A stretch of 64,000 nucleotides of DNA from Deltaproteobacteria bacterium (GTDB taxonomy: Bacteria; Myxococcota; Kuafuiibacteriia; Kuafuiibacteriales; Kuafuiibacteriaceae): NCBI GenBank assembly GCA_040218735.1, contig JAVJQW010000023.1, positions 480,001 to 544,000 on the forward strand, read 5' to 3'. Under the pieces are notes generated by a model, which saw nothing but the letters and a program-made list of their open reading frames with translations, searched no databases and was not told where the DNA came from. Made by a program: the position numbers and the translations under genes. Below, one piece after another: positions 9,985 to 18,725 of the stretch (positions are counted from its first letter, which is position 1; each line of letters opens with the position of its first letter).

Positions 9985-10024
9985 GTCCCTTCGAGGCCGC
10001 GAGGATCCTGCGCGGACTTTTTTC
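9985..10024 (-). promoter_or_regulatory. Putative ECF-sigma promoter, copy 2
   Basis: Minus strand reads GAAAAAAGTCCGCGCAG-N14-CGAAGGGAC just upstream of the 9980 start. It matches the motif at 3046-3085. Confidence 0.6.
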
Positions 10025-10724
10025 CCAGGGCCGCGCCGGGTGGGCGCCGCAAAGTGGGCGAATGTGCGAGGGAACACCGACGAACCGGTCCGCGGATCGG
10101 GCTATCATCGGGGCGATGCGGGCGCGTCTGGATGGGCCCGAGTCACGGCGGATCGCGGACGCCACGCCGGTCGAGTCAAGAGGGCGTAGCTGGATCCGAC
10201 GCTCGAGCAACGTGCCCGATGTCGGAGCGGAGCGGGCGCCTGGGCAGCGCGTCGCATCTGGCGGGGCGTTGGGTCGAAGCTCCCCGGGTCAGACCACTCA
10301 TCAGATCGCTGGCGAGCGGCAACTCGAGAAGCGGAGCGATGGCGGCGGGCGGGGACCTCTTCGTAGGGAATCAGTTCGGCTCGCCCACCGCGGCAAACAG
10401 CGAAGCCGAGTGGCCACACCCGGCGAGACGAACGGCTTCTGACCGGAGGGGAGGTCCCCGGCCGTCGCCGAAAGCGAAGCCGAGCCTGGGCACTCCCACC
10501 CCGGCTATCTGATACGGCCTCTTAGGCCATAACGCCGCTCCGCGTCGCGGACCGCCTTGGCACAGTCCTCAGTCCCGCCGCATTCGCGGCGGGCTTCGAC
10601 CTAGTCGGCGGGACGCAAGGACCTGCGCATTCCGGCGGGCGCTTGCTCGCGGCCCCGCGCGGTCGGCGGGGCCGCTCTCCTACAACCCGCCGATAGCCCC
10701 TGGCTTTCGGCGGCCGCTGCCCGC

Positions 10725-10739
10725 TGGCACGTGCGCTGC
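10725..10739 (+). promoter_or_regulatory. Putative sigma54 (-24/-12) promoter
   Basis: TGGCACGTGCGCTGC has GG-N10-GC spacing and one mismatch to TGGCAC-N5-TTGC. It lies 14 bp upstream of the ECF ATG at 10754. Confidence 0.55.
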
Positions 10740-10753
10740 GAATGCGGCGGCGC

Positions 10754-11302
10754 ATGACCCAGCGTACCCCCGCGATTTCGACGCTCGATGAACATCTCCC
10801 GACGGTCGTCGCCTGGGCGACACGTCTGTGCGGCCCTAGCTTGGACCCGGAAGACATCGCGCACGACGCGTTGATCACCGCGATGCGTCGACTGCCGACG
10901 CTCCGCGATCCGGAGCGCCTCGAAGCGTGGCTGTTCGGCATCACGCGCCGCACGGTTGCCGGCCACCGACGGAACGCCTGGATGCGACGTTGGGTCGGCG
11001 CACCGGACATGCCGCCCGCCGACACCACTGCGCTCCCCTTCGAGATGCTCAGCACCAAACGCCGCGCGGAACACGTCCAGCGGCTCCTCGAGAAGGTCCC
11101 GGCCAAGCAGCGCGAAGTGCTCGTCCTGATCTGCGTCGAAGACCGCACGTCGGTCGAGGCCGCCGAGATCCTCGGCGTCCCCGAGGGCACCGTTCGCAGC
11201 CGGCTCCGCATCGGTAAGGCGCGGCTGAGGAAGCTCGTCTCCGCGTCGCGGTCGCTCGAACACGAGGGTGATCGAATCTTCCTCGCCACCGCACTGCGCT
11301 GA
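10754..11302 (+). CDS. ECF RNA polymerase sigma-70 factor
   Basis: Region 2 PEDIAHDAL..LEAWLFGI and region 4 QREVLVL..EAAEILGVPEGTVRSRL. Confidence 0.92.
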   Translation: MTQRTPAISTLDEHLPTVVAWATRLCGPSLDPEDIAHDALITAMRRLPTLRDPERLEAWLFGITRRTVAGHRRNAWMRRWVGAPDMPPADTTALPFEMLSTKRRAEHVQRLLEKVPAKQREVLVLICVEDRTSVEAAEILGVPEGTVRSRLRIGKARLRKLVSASRSLEHEGDRIFLATALR

Positions 11303-11314
11303 GGAGTGACGGAA

Positions 11315-13546
11315 ATGAAGCGCCCAAACGTTGTCTGCTCCCTACTGATCCTCCTCGCCGCCTGCGCGTCCGAACCGGAGGTCCTCGTCTGTACCGACGG
11401 CGCCCGCGAATGCGGCGGCGCCTGTATCGACACCTCGTCGGACCCGCGACACTGCGGCGGATGCGGCGTCAGCTGCCAGGCCGGGGACGCCTGCGAGAAC
11501 GGCCTCTGCATCCTCGACTGCGGTTCGCTCGACCGCTGCGACAGCGGCTGCGCCGACCTCTCGCTCGATCCTGCGAACTGTGGCGCGTGCGGCACGGCGT
11601 GTTCGGCGGGCGAAGTGTGCGGCGACGGTCAATGCGGGCTGTCCTGCCCCGAGGGGCTGACCGAGTGCGGCGCATCGTGTCGCGCGCTCTCGGAAGACCG
11701 CCTGAACTGCGGCGCGTGCGGAAACGCCTGCGCCGAGGGTGAGATCTGCTCCGACGGCGGGTGCGCGCTCTCCTGTCAGCCGGGCCTGACGATCTGCGAC
11801 GACGTCTGCCGGGACATCCTCACCGACACCCGCCACTGCGGAGCGTGCGGCGAGTCTTGTGGCACGGGCGAAGCGTGCATCGACGGCTCGTGCACCCTCA
11901 CCTGCCCCGAAGAACAGACGGCCTGCAACGGAGCTTGCGTCGACGTGCTCACCGACGCCGCGCACTGCGGCGCCTGCGGTGAAGCCTGCGGTGTCGACGG
12001 GCGATGCCGCGATGGCGTGTGTGAGCTGTTCTGCTCGTCCGGTCTCGAGGCCTGTGGCGGCGCCTGCCGCGACATCTCGGCCGACCCGAACAACTGCGGC
12101 GCGTGTGGTGTGGTCTGCGCGGCCGGTGAGGTGTGTTCGTTCGGCGCGTGCAACCTGGCTTGCGAAACTCAGCTCACGCCTTGCGGCGGTTCCTGTCGCG
12201 ACCTTTCGACGGACCGATCGAACTGCGGAGCGTGCGGCTTCGCGTGCGCCGCCGGCGAAGTCTGCACCGCGGGCGCGTGCCTCCTCTCCTGCCAAGCCGG
12301 CCTCACCGAGTGTGGCGGTACGTGCCGGGACCTCGCGAGCGACGCCTCACACTGCGGCGCGTGCGGTAGCGCCTGCGCCGCCGGCGAGGTCTGCGCCGCG
12401 GGGGTGTGCGCGGTCGAGTGCCCCACCGCCCTCGCGGAGTGCGGCGGGACGTGCCGGGACCTCGACAGCGACGCCTCGCACTGCGGCGCGTGTGGCAACG
12501 CGTGCGCCGCGGGCGAGCGATGCGCGGGAGGCCAGTGCGAAGTCTCGTGCCAGGCGGGCCTGAACGAATGCGGTGGGCAGTGTCGAGACCTCGCGACCGA
12601 TCGCAGCCACTGCGGCGCGTGCGGGGTGGCGTGCGCCGCGGGAGAGATCTGCACCGCCGGCGTCTGCGCCCTGTCGTGCCAAGTGGGCCTCACCGACTGC
12701 GGCGGCATCTGCCGTGACCTCGCAACCGACGTGCTGGCGTGCGGCGCGTGCGGAACGACCTGCGCGTTGACCGAAACCTGCGCCTCGGGACTCTGCTGCG
12801 CGAGCGGATTCGACAACTGCGGCGGCGCCTGCACGGACGTCACGAGCGACGCCGCGAACTGCGGCGGGTGCGGCATCGCGTGCGGTGCAGCGCAGGTCTG
12901 CAACGCGGGGACGTGCTCGAACCCCGTCGGTGCGGTGGTCATCATCGGCCACGACTACTTCGCGTCGCCGCCGGCTCAGGACCTCGTGCTGGCCAACGCG
13001 ATCCTCGACGTGACGCAGCTGTCGGGCACGGTCGACGTCGTCGCCTATATCGAACACGCGGATCTCGCGGGGGAGTGGGCGCGGTCGCGCTCGATCATCG
13101 AGACACGCGCCGGCATCGTCGGGCGTTCGATCACGGTCACGGAGGCCTCCTCCGCCGCAGCCGTCGCGACGCAGCTGCCCAGCGCGGAGGTGCTCTACAT
13201 CCCGGAGCAGGAGCTCGCGTTCATCGGCGACCTGACGCCGGTCGGCCTGGCGCTCGAGCCCGACATCGCAGCGTTCCTCGCCCGCGGTGGTGTCGTCGTG
13301 ATGAGCGACTACAGCACGCTTCGGATGCACGAGCTCTTGCGGTCGGCGGTCGGAACCGTGCCTCAGGAGGCCTTCGCCCTGAACCCGATCACCACCGTCC
13401 CGGCGAGCACCGACCCGATCACCGTCGGCGTCACGACATACGTCGGCGCGAGCGCAACCCTCAGCTTCGGCGGCGTCCCGGCCGGCGGGACCGCTCTACT
13501 CGTCGACGCGTCGGGACGCCCGGTCGTGTTCCGCATCGACTTCTAG
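11315..13546 (+). CDS. Cys-rich repeat lipoprotein (MXAN_6577/Stig1-like repeats) with C-terminal alpha/beta domain
   Basis: GAGGAG RBS region, lipobox LAAC, and 12 tandem CxxxCxxxxxDxxxCGxCG repeats. Confidence 0.85.
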   Translation: MKRPNVVCSLLILLAACASEPEVLVCTDGARECGGACIDTSSDPRHCGGCGVSCQAGDACENGLCILDCGSLDRCDSGCADLSLDPANCGACGTACSAGEVCGDGQCGLSCPEGLTECGASCRALSEDRLNCGACGNACAEGEICSDGGCALSCQPGLTICDDVCRDILTDTRHCGACGESCGTGEACIDGSCTLTCPEEQTACNGACVDVLTDAAHCGACGEACGVDGRCRDGVCELFCSSGLEACGGACRDISADPNNCGACGVVCAAGEVCSFGACNLACETQLTPCGGSCRDLSTDRSNCGACGFACAAGEVCTAGACLLSCQAGLTECGGTCRDLASDASHCGACGSACAAGEVCAAGVCAVECPTALAECGGTCRDLDSDASHCGACGNACAAGERCAGGQCEVSCQAGLNECGGQCRDLATDRSHCGACGVACAAGEICTAGVCALSCQVGLTDCGGICRDLATDVLACGACGTTCALTETCASGLCCASGFDNCGGACTDVTSDAANCGGCGIACGAAQVCNAGTCSNPVGAVVIIGHDYFASPPAQDLVLANAILDVTQLSGTVDVVAYIEHADLAGEWARSRSIIETRAGIVGRSITVTEASSAAAVATQLPSAEVLYIPEQELAFIGDLTPVGLALEPDIAAFLARGGVVVMSDYSTLRMHELLRSAVGTVPQEAFALNPITTVPASTDPITVGVTTYVGASATLSFGGVPAGGTALLVDASGRPVVFRIDF
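11390..12918 (+). repeat. Intragenic tandem repeat, 12 units of about 43 aa (about 129 bp), Cys-rich
   Basis: Twelve DxxxCG[AG]CG cores counted in the translation. Confidence 0.85.
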
Positions 13547-13569
13547 AACCCACAGGAAAGGAGACCCTC

Positions 13570-14631
13570 GTGAACTACCCCCGCATCACGATCCTGTCCC
13601 TCGTCCTCGTCTCGTTGGCGGCTACGGCACACGCGCAGGACGCGCGTGACCGCGCCATCGAGCTGGTCCGAGAGGGCTTCGCCGAAACCCAAGACGGCAA
13701 CTTCGATGAAGCCGAGCGACTCATGGAACGCGCCTACGAGCTGTATCCGCGGCCCGCGATCCTCTTCAACCTCGCGGACCTCCAGGCGCGCCGACCGAAC
13801 AACTGTCGGCGAACGCGAGCGGCGTTCCTCCGGTTCCTCGACGCGTGCGACGGCTGTGAAAACGAAGCCTCGGGGCGCGCGCGCCTCGCGCGCCTCGAGC
13901 GACGGTGCCGCGTCGAAGTCACCGTCACCAGCACCCCTCGCGGCGCCGCCGTCCGCGTCGGCGCGGACTACCGAGGCACGACACCGCTGACCTTCGAGAG
14001 CCTCCCCGGGCTCGTCCCGGTGAAACTCGAGCTCGACGGCTACGAGGAGCTCGAGGAGACGTTGACCGTCGTGGAAGCGTCGCCGCTGCGCGTCGACTTG
14101 TCGCTTCGCGCGCTCGAAAAGGTCGGGACGCTCCGGCTGACCAACGTGCGCGACGGCGTCGAGGTCTCGGTCGACGCCCAACCCGTCGGCACCGCCGCGC
14201 TCTCGGGCGTGACCCTCCCGGTCGGGCTCCACCGAGTCGAGCTCACGACACGAACCGGCCGCGGCTACGCCAAGCTCGTCGAGGTCCGTCATGCGTCGCT
14301 GACCGATGTGAACGTCGGCGCCGAGCTCGAGCGCTTCCTCGCCAACGAAGAGACGACCGTCGCTCCCCACGTCGTCTTCTGGACATCCGGCGGCGTCGGC
14401 GTCGCCGCGCTGGGTACCGCGATCGGGTTCGCCGTCGCCCGCAACTCGACGCTGACGAAGCGCGACGCGACGCAGGTCCCGAGTGAGCGCTCGGCGCTCG
14501 CACGAACCGCCGACCGCCAAGGCCTCGTCACGACCGTCGGCTTCGCCACGGCCGGTACCGCCCTCGCCATCGCCACCACCGCCTGGCTCTGGCCGGCGCT
14601 CACCGACGACGGCGCACCCCTCTACTGGTGA
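13570..14631 (+). CDS. TPR + PEGA domain secreted/membrane protein
   Basis: GTG start after GGAAAGGAG. Signal peptide ending AHA|QD. TPR motif AYELYPRPAILFNLA. PEGA motif STPRGAAVRV..GTTPL..LDGYE. C-terminal hydrophobic helices. Confidence 0.85.
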   Translation: MNYPRITILSLVLVSLAATAHAQDARDRAIELVREGFAETQDGNFDEAERLMERAYELYPRPAILFNLADLQARRPNNCRRTRAAFLRFLDACDGCENEASGRARLARLERRCRVEVTVTSTPRGAAVRVGADYRGTTPLTFESLPGLVPVKLELDGYEELEETLTVVEASPLRVDLSLRALEKVGTLRLTNVRDGVEVSVDAQPVGTAALSGVTLPVGLHRVELTTRTGRGYAKLVEVRHASLTDVNVGAELERFLANEETTVAPHVVFWTSGGVGVAALGTAIGFAVARNSTLTKRDATQVPSERSALARTADRQGLVTTVGFATAGTALAIATTAWLWPALTDDGAPLYW

Positions 14632-14642
14632 AGGAGACCATC

Positions 14643-17600
14643 ATGTCGATCCCGAACAACATCTACCGTATCGCGCTCTGCCTCGCGGCCCTCTCGGCGT
14701 GCAGCTCTCCCACGGAGACCATCGAGGGCTTCAGCGCCCCTTCGCTCGGCGGAGGGTTCGGCGCGTGTGTCGAGGACATCCTCGCCCTGCCCGACCGCGC
14801 GCCGACCGTCTGCTTCTACGCGCAAGGTGCCAACTTCCCCGTCGAGTCCTCGGCCGTCGAGGCGTGCAACGACAACGGCTGCGACTTGAAGACCTGGAAC
14901 CTGCGAGAGTCGGCGGACACGCTGCGTCCGCTCGAGGGACCTGCGCACCTCATCCCATTCGCCGACGCCGCGAACGCCCAGGAGCGCTTCCCCGGGCGCG
15001 TCGTCATGTTCTCGGACGGTCCGTGCCCCGCGAGCCCACCGTACGACCCATACGCGCAGACCGAGTGTACCGGGAGCTCCAGCGCCTCCGGACGTGCGTG
15101 CTTCGCGATGATCGCGGTCGAGCTCCAGCTCGGCGCAGAGGGCATCGTCGTCCCGCCGAGCGCGGCCTCCACGTTGATCTACTCACGCCGCTTCCGCGCG
15201 GAGGTCGAGCAGGAGGGCCTCGAGTTCGACGGGATGTGCGACGCGTTCAACGGACGGATCGGCACCGGCGACGCTCCCTCGCGCCGAACGGTACGCTTGG
15301 AGATCACCGGGAGTGGCGCCGGCGCGGTCGCCGCGGAGAACCTCGCGGGGTTCGGCGACTGCATCAAGACCGAAGGCGCCGCGATCACCTGCGAAGCCGA
15401 AGCGGTCTTGGTCGGTTCGTCGATTCGATTCGCGGCGCAACCCGAGTTGCAGTCGACCGTCGCGTGGGGCGGTCCGTGCGCAGACGCGGAAGACGTTTGC
15501 TCGGTCGAGGTCGATTCCGGCCCCGACGCGATCGTCGTCCCCGTTCGGTTCGACCTGAAGCGCTACACACTCACGATCGACATCGCGAGCCAGGACGGCG
15601 ACGGCGCACCGCACCACGTCCCCGGCGCAATCCGCGGCGACATCGCCGACGCGGACGGCGCAGAGATCCTCTGTGAGCTCCCCGTGGGTGACTCTTTGGC
15701 GTCGTGTGCGTTCGAGCTGGAGTTCGGGACGGTCGTACAACTCTCCGCGAACAGCGGGAGCAACTTCGCGCTCGCCAAGACCGTCGAAGCCTGGGGCGGC
15801 GACTGCCCGGACGCCTTCGCCCCGACCTGCGCCCTGCAGGTCGAAGCATCGCGCGTCGCATCCGCGACCTTCGAGTTCGGCGTCTACCCGCTCACCCTCC
15901 TCCCCAGCCACGGCGTCCGCGTGGGGGGAGGTCGAGTGTTCGACGACGACGGACTGATCGACTGCGGCTCCGAGTCGATTGCGAACCCAGAGCGCTGCAC
16001 GCGCGTCGTTCAGGCGGAGGAGCGCGTGCGGCTCCACGCCGACGGTGTCGACGACGACAAGAAGCTCCTCAGCTGGAACGTCAGCGGCGCCCAGATCGTC
16101 GACGGGTGCCTGAACCGCGTCAGCATCGACGGTGAGACGAGCGCGAGCTGTGAGCTCGAGGTGGGAGCCGAGCCCGTCGAGGTCAAACCGATCTACGGCT
16201 ACCGGACGAGTGTATCGGTCCGCGGCGACGGCACGGTGGCGAGCACCCCGGGCTTCGTCGACTGCGCTGCCGGCGAAACGTGCACCGACTTCTTCGAGCA
16301 CGGCGGCGCGCTCACCCTCGCCGCCAACCCCGTCGCGCAGACCGGCGCGCGGTTTCTCCGGTGGACCCACGACACGAACGCGATGGGCACCGAGCGCAGC
16401 CTCGCCCGCACCGCGACCGACGCGCTCGATGTCACCGCCGTGTTCGGTCATCAGCTCGACGTGACGATCGAAGGCGCCCCCGTCTGCGGGAGCGTGACGG
16501 CCACCAGCGACGAGCTCCTCGATGGCACGTTCTCCTGCCCCAGCGGTTGCTCCGGCGCGTTCGCGCATGGCGCACAGATCACGCTCGTCCCGCAGGGCAA
16601 CGCGGACGGTTCATCGTTCACCGGGTGGTCGGGCGACTGCGCCGGGGGCGGTGACTGCGTCGCGACGATGGACGGCTCGCGGTCGATCGGCGCGAGCTTC
16701 TCTTACCCCCTGTCGGTCGAGGTCGCGGCGCCGGCCGGCGAACCGAGCGCGGCGCCAGGGACCGGCGGACGTGTCACGGGCACGAACATCGACTGCCCGT
16801 CGTCGAGCTGCGAAACGTCCTTCCTGTGTGAGCAACCCTCGACGCGCGTACGGCTGACGGCGCTCCCCGCGGTCGACTACGGCGTGGGCACGTGGACGGG
16901 GTGTACGTTGGTCAACCCGGCCAACACCTGCTTCGTCGACATGAACGAGGCGCGCACCTTCAACCAGCGTGTCACGCACACGTTCGAGTGCCAGCGCACG
17001 CTCACCATCGGCGTGAACGGAGGCGGCTCGGTGACACAATGCCCGGGCGGCGGCGGATGTGTGATCACCGACCTCTGCAACGCAACCGTCCTCGTCTCGG
17101 CGACGCCCTCCAACGCGACGACGCCGCAGATCCCGCATTGGTCGCCGGGGTGTCCGCTCGGCGCGCCGAGCTGCAGCGTCGCGCTCGCCGGTCAACACCG
17201 GACGCTGGACGTCACGTTCACCTATCCCCTCTCGGTGACACCTCCCGCGAACGGAACGATCCGAGCCACGACGGCCGGGGTCGACGGCACGATCGACTGC
17301 GGCGCGAGCTGCTCGGCCCACTACCAAGACGGTCTGCCGGTCACGCTCGATGCGATCGCGGACCCGGGGTACCGATTCACCGGGTGGTCCGGCTGCACCG
17401 AGGCCGGCGGGACGGCGACCGCCACGCGCTGTGTGCTCCCGATGAACGCGCCCGTCCAGGGCCTCACCGCGAGCTTCGAGCGCGTTCACACGCTCGCGCT
17501 GACGATGGCCGGCGCGCCGGCGTCGATCGCGCTGTCGGGTGGTCTGGCCTCGTGCACGACGACGACGAACGAGACGACGGTCTGCACGTACATCGTCGCG

Positions 17601-18713
17601 GAGGGGACGTCCGTTACGCTCACGCCGACGCCGTCGCTTCGTTCGGTGATGAACCCGTGGGCCGGGAACTCGGGGTGCACGGGATCGTCGGCGTGCACGG
17701 TGACGATGAACCGCGACGTCACGATCACGGCCAGCTTCCTCTGGGAGCTGTCGGTGCGCTTCGATCTCACCGCGGTGTCGAACGCCTCGCTCCTGAACGG
17801 CGCGTGCGTTCGTAGCCTCACGCCGACCTGCGCCATTCACAGCTGCTTCGGAGGGACCGGTCCCACCGCGCAGCGGACGTGTCATGTGCTCCCGGGGACG
17901 GAGGTCACGTTGGAGGGCACGCCGCCGCCCGGAAGTCCGACCGTCTCCTTCGATCACTATCGGGTCATCGAAACCGGGCAGCGAATCACGGATGCGTCGA
18001 ACCCGTTCGAAATCGATCGGGCGACGATCGTGGAAGCCACCTTCTCCGAAGCGTGGTCGCTCGACCTCGACCTCACCGGCCGCGGAGAGATCACGGGCAA
18101 CGGCGTGACCTGCTCCGACCTGGATCCCACCTGCGTCATCCGCGTGGCGCGGACGCCGGGCACCGTCGATCTCGTGGCGACGCCGAACCCGAGCGGGCTC
18201 GGGTGGACCACCGCGTGGCCGCCGGGGCTGTGCGTCGCGGGGACTGGTATCGGCAACACGTGTCGCGTGCAGCTCACGGCGAACCGCAGCGCGACCGTGC
18301 CGTTCGAGTACCCCGTGTCCTTCGGGCAGGACGTGGTGGCCGGGATCATCCAGACGGCGGGCTGCACGAACTGCCACGCGGGCGGGTCCAGCGCGGCGTC
18401 GGAAAGTGACCTCGTGTTCGCCGGTCGCACGCCGCGACAGATCTACGATCAGGTCGTCGGTGAGAACTGCAACACCGCCAGCGCCTGCGCGACGCTGACG
18501 TCCTGGGTGCGGGGGTGCAGCGGGCACTTCGTCGGCCCCTCGCGCATCAACCCCGCGAGCCCGGTGAACAGCTTGTTCCTGCAGATGCCCGCGAGTCACC
18601 CGACGCCGGCGACCGACCTATGCCCCAACCACGGGAGCACCGTCTTCGCGAGCGGCTCGGCGCACTACAACACGATCCTCGACTGGATCTCCGGCGGCGC
18701 GCCGTTCAACTGA
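14643..18713 (+). CDS. Large lipoprotein with divergent InlB B-type repeats and a C-terminal c-type heme domain
   Basis: AAGGAG RBS and lipobox LSAC. Repeated V.LTA.P..GY.F.GWSGC...C...M......A.F units. C-terminal CTNCH with RINPASPVNSL..WISGGA resembles planctomycete-type cytochrome c domains. Confidence 0.75.
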   Translation: MSIPNNIYRIALCLAALSACSSPTETIEGFSAPSLGGGFGACVEDILALPDRAPTVCFYAQGANFPVESSAVEACNDNGCDLKTWNLRESADTLRPLEGPAHLIPFADAANAQERFPGRVVMFSDGPCPASPPYDPYAQTECTGSSSASGRACFAMIAVELQLGAEGIVVPPSAASTLIYSRRFRAEVEQEGLEFDGMCDAFNGRIGTGDAPSRRTVRLEITGSGAGAVAAENLAGFGDCIKTEGAAITCEAEAVLVGSSIRFAAQPELQSTVAWGGPCADAEDVCSVEVDSGPDAIVVPVRFDLKRYTLTIDIASQDGDGAPHHVPGAIRGDIADADGAEILCELPVGDSLASCAFELEFGTVVQLSANSGSNFALAKTVEAWGGDCPDAFAPTCALQVEASRVASATFEFGVYPLTLLPSHGVRVGGGRVFDDDGLIDCGSESIANPERCTRVVQAEERVRLHADGVDDDKKLLSWNVSGAQIVDGCLNRVSIDGETSASCELEVGAEPVEVKPIYGYRTSVSVRGDGTVASTPGFVDCAAGETCTDFFEHGGALTLAANPVAQTGARFLRWTHDTNAMGTERSLARTATDALDVTAVFGHQLDVTIEGAPVCGSVTATSDELLDGTFSCPSGCSGAFAHGAQITLVPQGNADGSSFTGWSGDCAGGGDCVATMDGSRSIGASFSYPLSVEVAAPAGEPSAAPGTGGRVTGTNIDCPSSSCETSFLCEQPSTRVRLTALPAVDYGVGTWTGCTLVNPANTCFVDMNEARTFNQRVTHTFECQRTLTIGVNGGGSVTQCPGGGGCVITDLCNATVLVSATPSNATTPQIPHWSPGCPLGAPSCSVALAGQHRTLDVTFTYPLSVTPPANGTIRATTAGVDGTIDCGASCSAHYQDGLPVTLDAIADPGYRFTGWSGCTEAGGTATATRCVLPMNAPVQGLTASFERVHTLALTMAGAPASIALSGGLASCTTTTNETTVCTYIVAEGTSVTLTPTPSLRSVMNPWAGNSGCTGSSACTVTMNRDVTITASFLWELSVRFDLTAVSNASLLNGACVRSLTPTCAIHSCFGGTGPTAQRTCHVLPGTEVTLEGTPPPGSPTVSFDHYRVIETGQRITDASNPFEIDRATIVEATFSEAWSLDLDLTGRGEITGNGVTCSDLDPTCVIRVARTPGTVDLVATPNPSGLGWTTAWPPGLCVAGTGIGNTCRVQLTANRSATVPFEYPVSFGQDVVAGIIQTAGCTNCHAGGSSAASESDLVFAGRTPRQIYDQVVGENCNTASACATLTSWVRGCSGHFVGPSRINPASPVNSLFLQMPASHPTPATDLCPNHGSTVFASGSAHYNTILDWISGGAPFN

Positions 18714-18725
18714 GGAGCGAAAAAG

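Noticed and set aside
10558-10573. TGGCAC upstream in the intergenic gap as a second sigma54 site
   Set aside because: No GC or TTG at the -12 position.
10522-11595. 357-aa minus-strand ORF over the second ECF
   Set aside because: It is antisense to a clear sigma factor and a lipoprotein gene and has no motifs.
11390-12918. Possible CRISPR-like or non-coding repeat array
   Set aside because: The repeats are in-frame, degenerate at synonymous sites and encode Cys-rich protein units. There is no repeat-spacer structure or cas gene.
12739-13569. Long N-terminal extensions in the ORF track (for example 12739, 35983, 42286, 5199, 25723, 26166, 31955, 47752, 54992)
   Set aside because: They overlap upstream genes and are Arg-rich junk. 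Downstream starts with an RBS, signal peptide or stop/start coupling were used instead.
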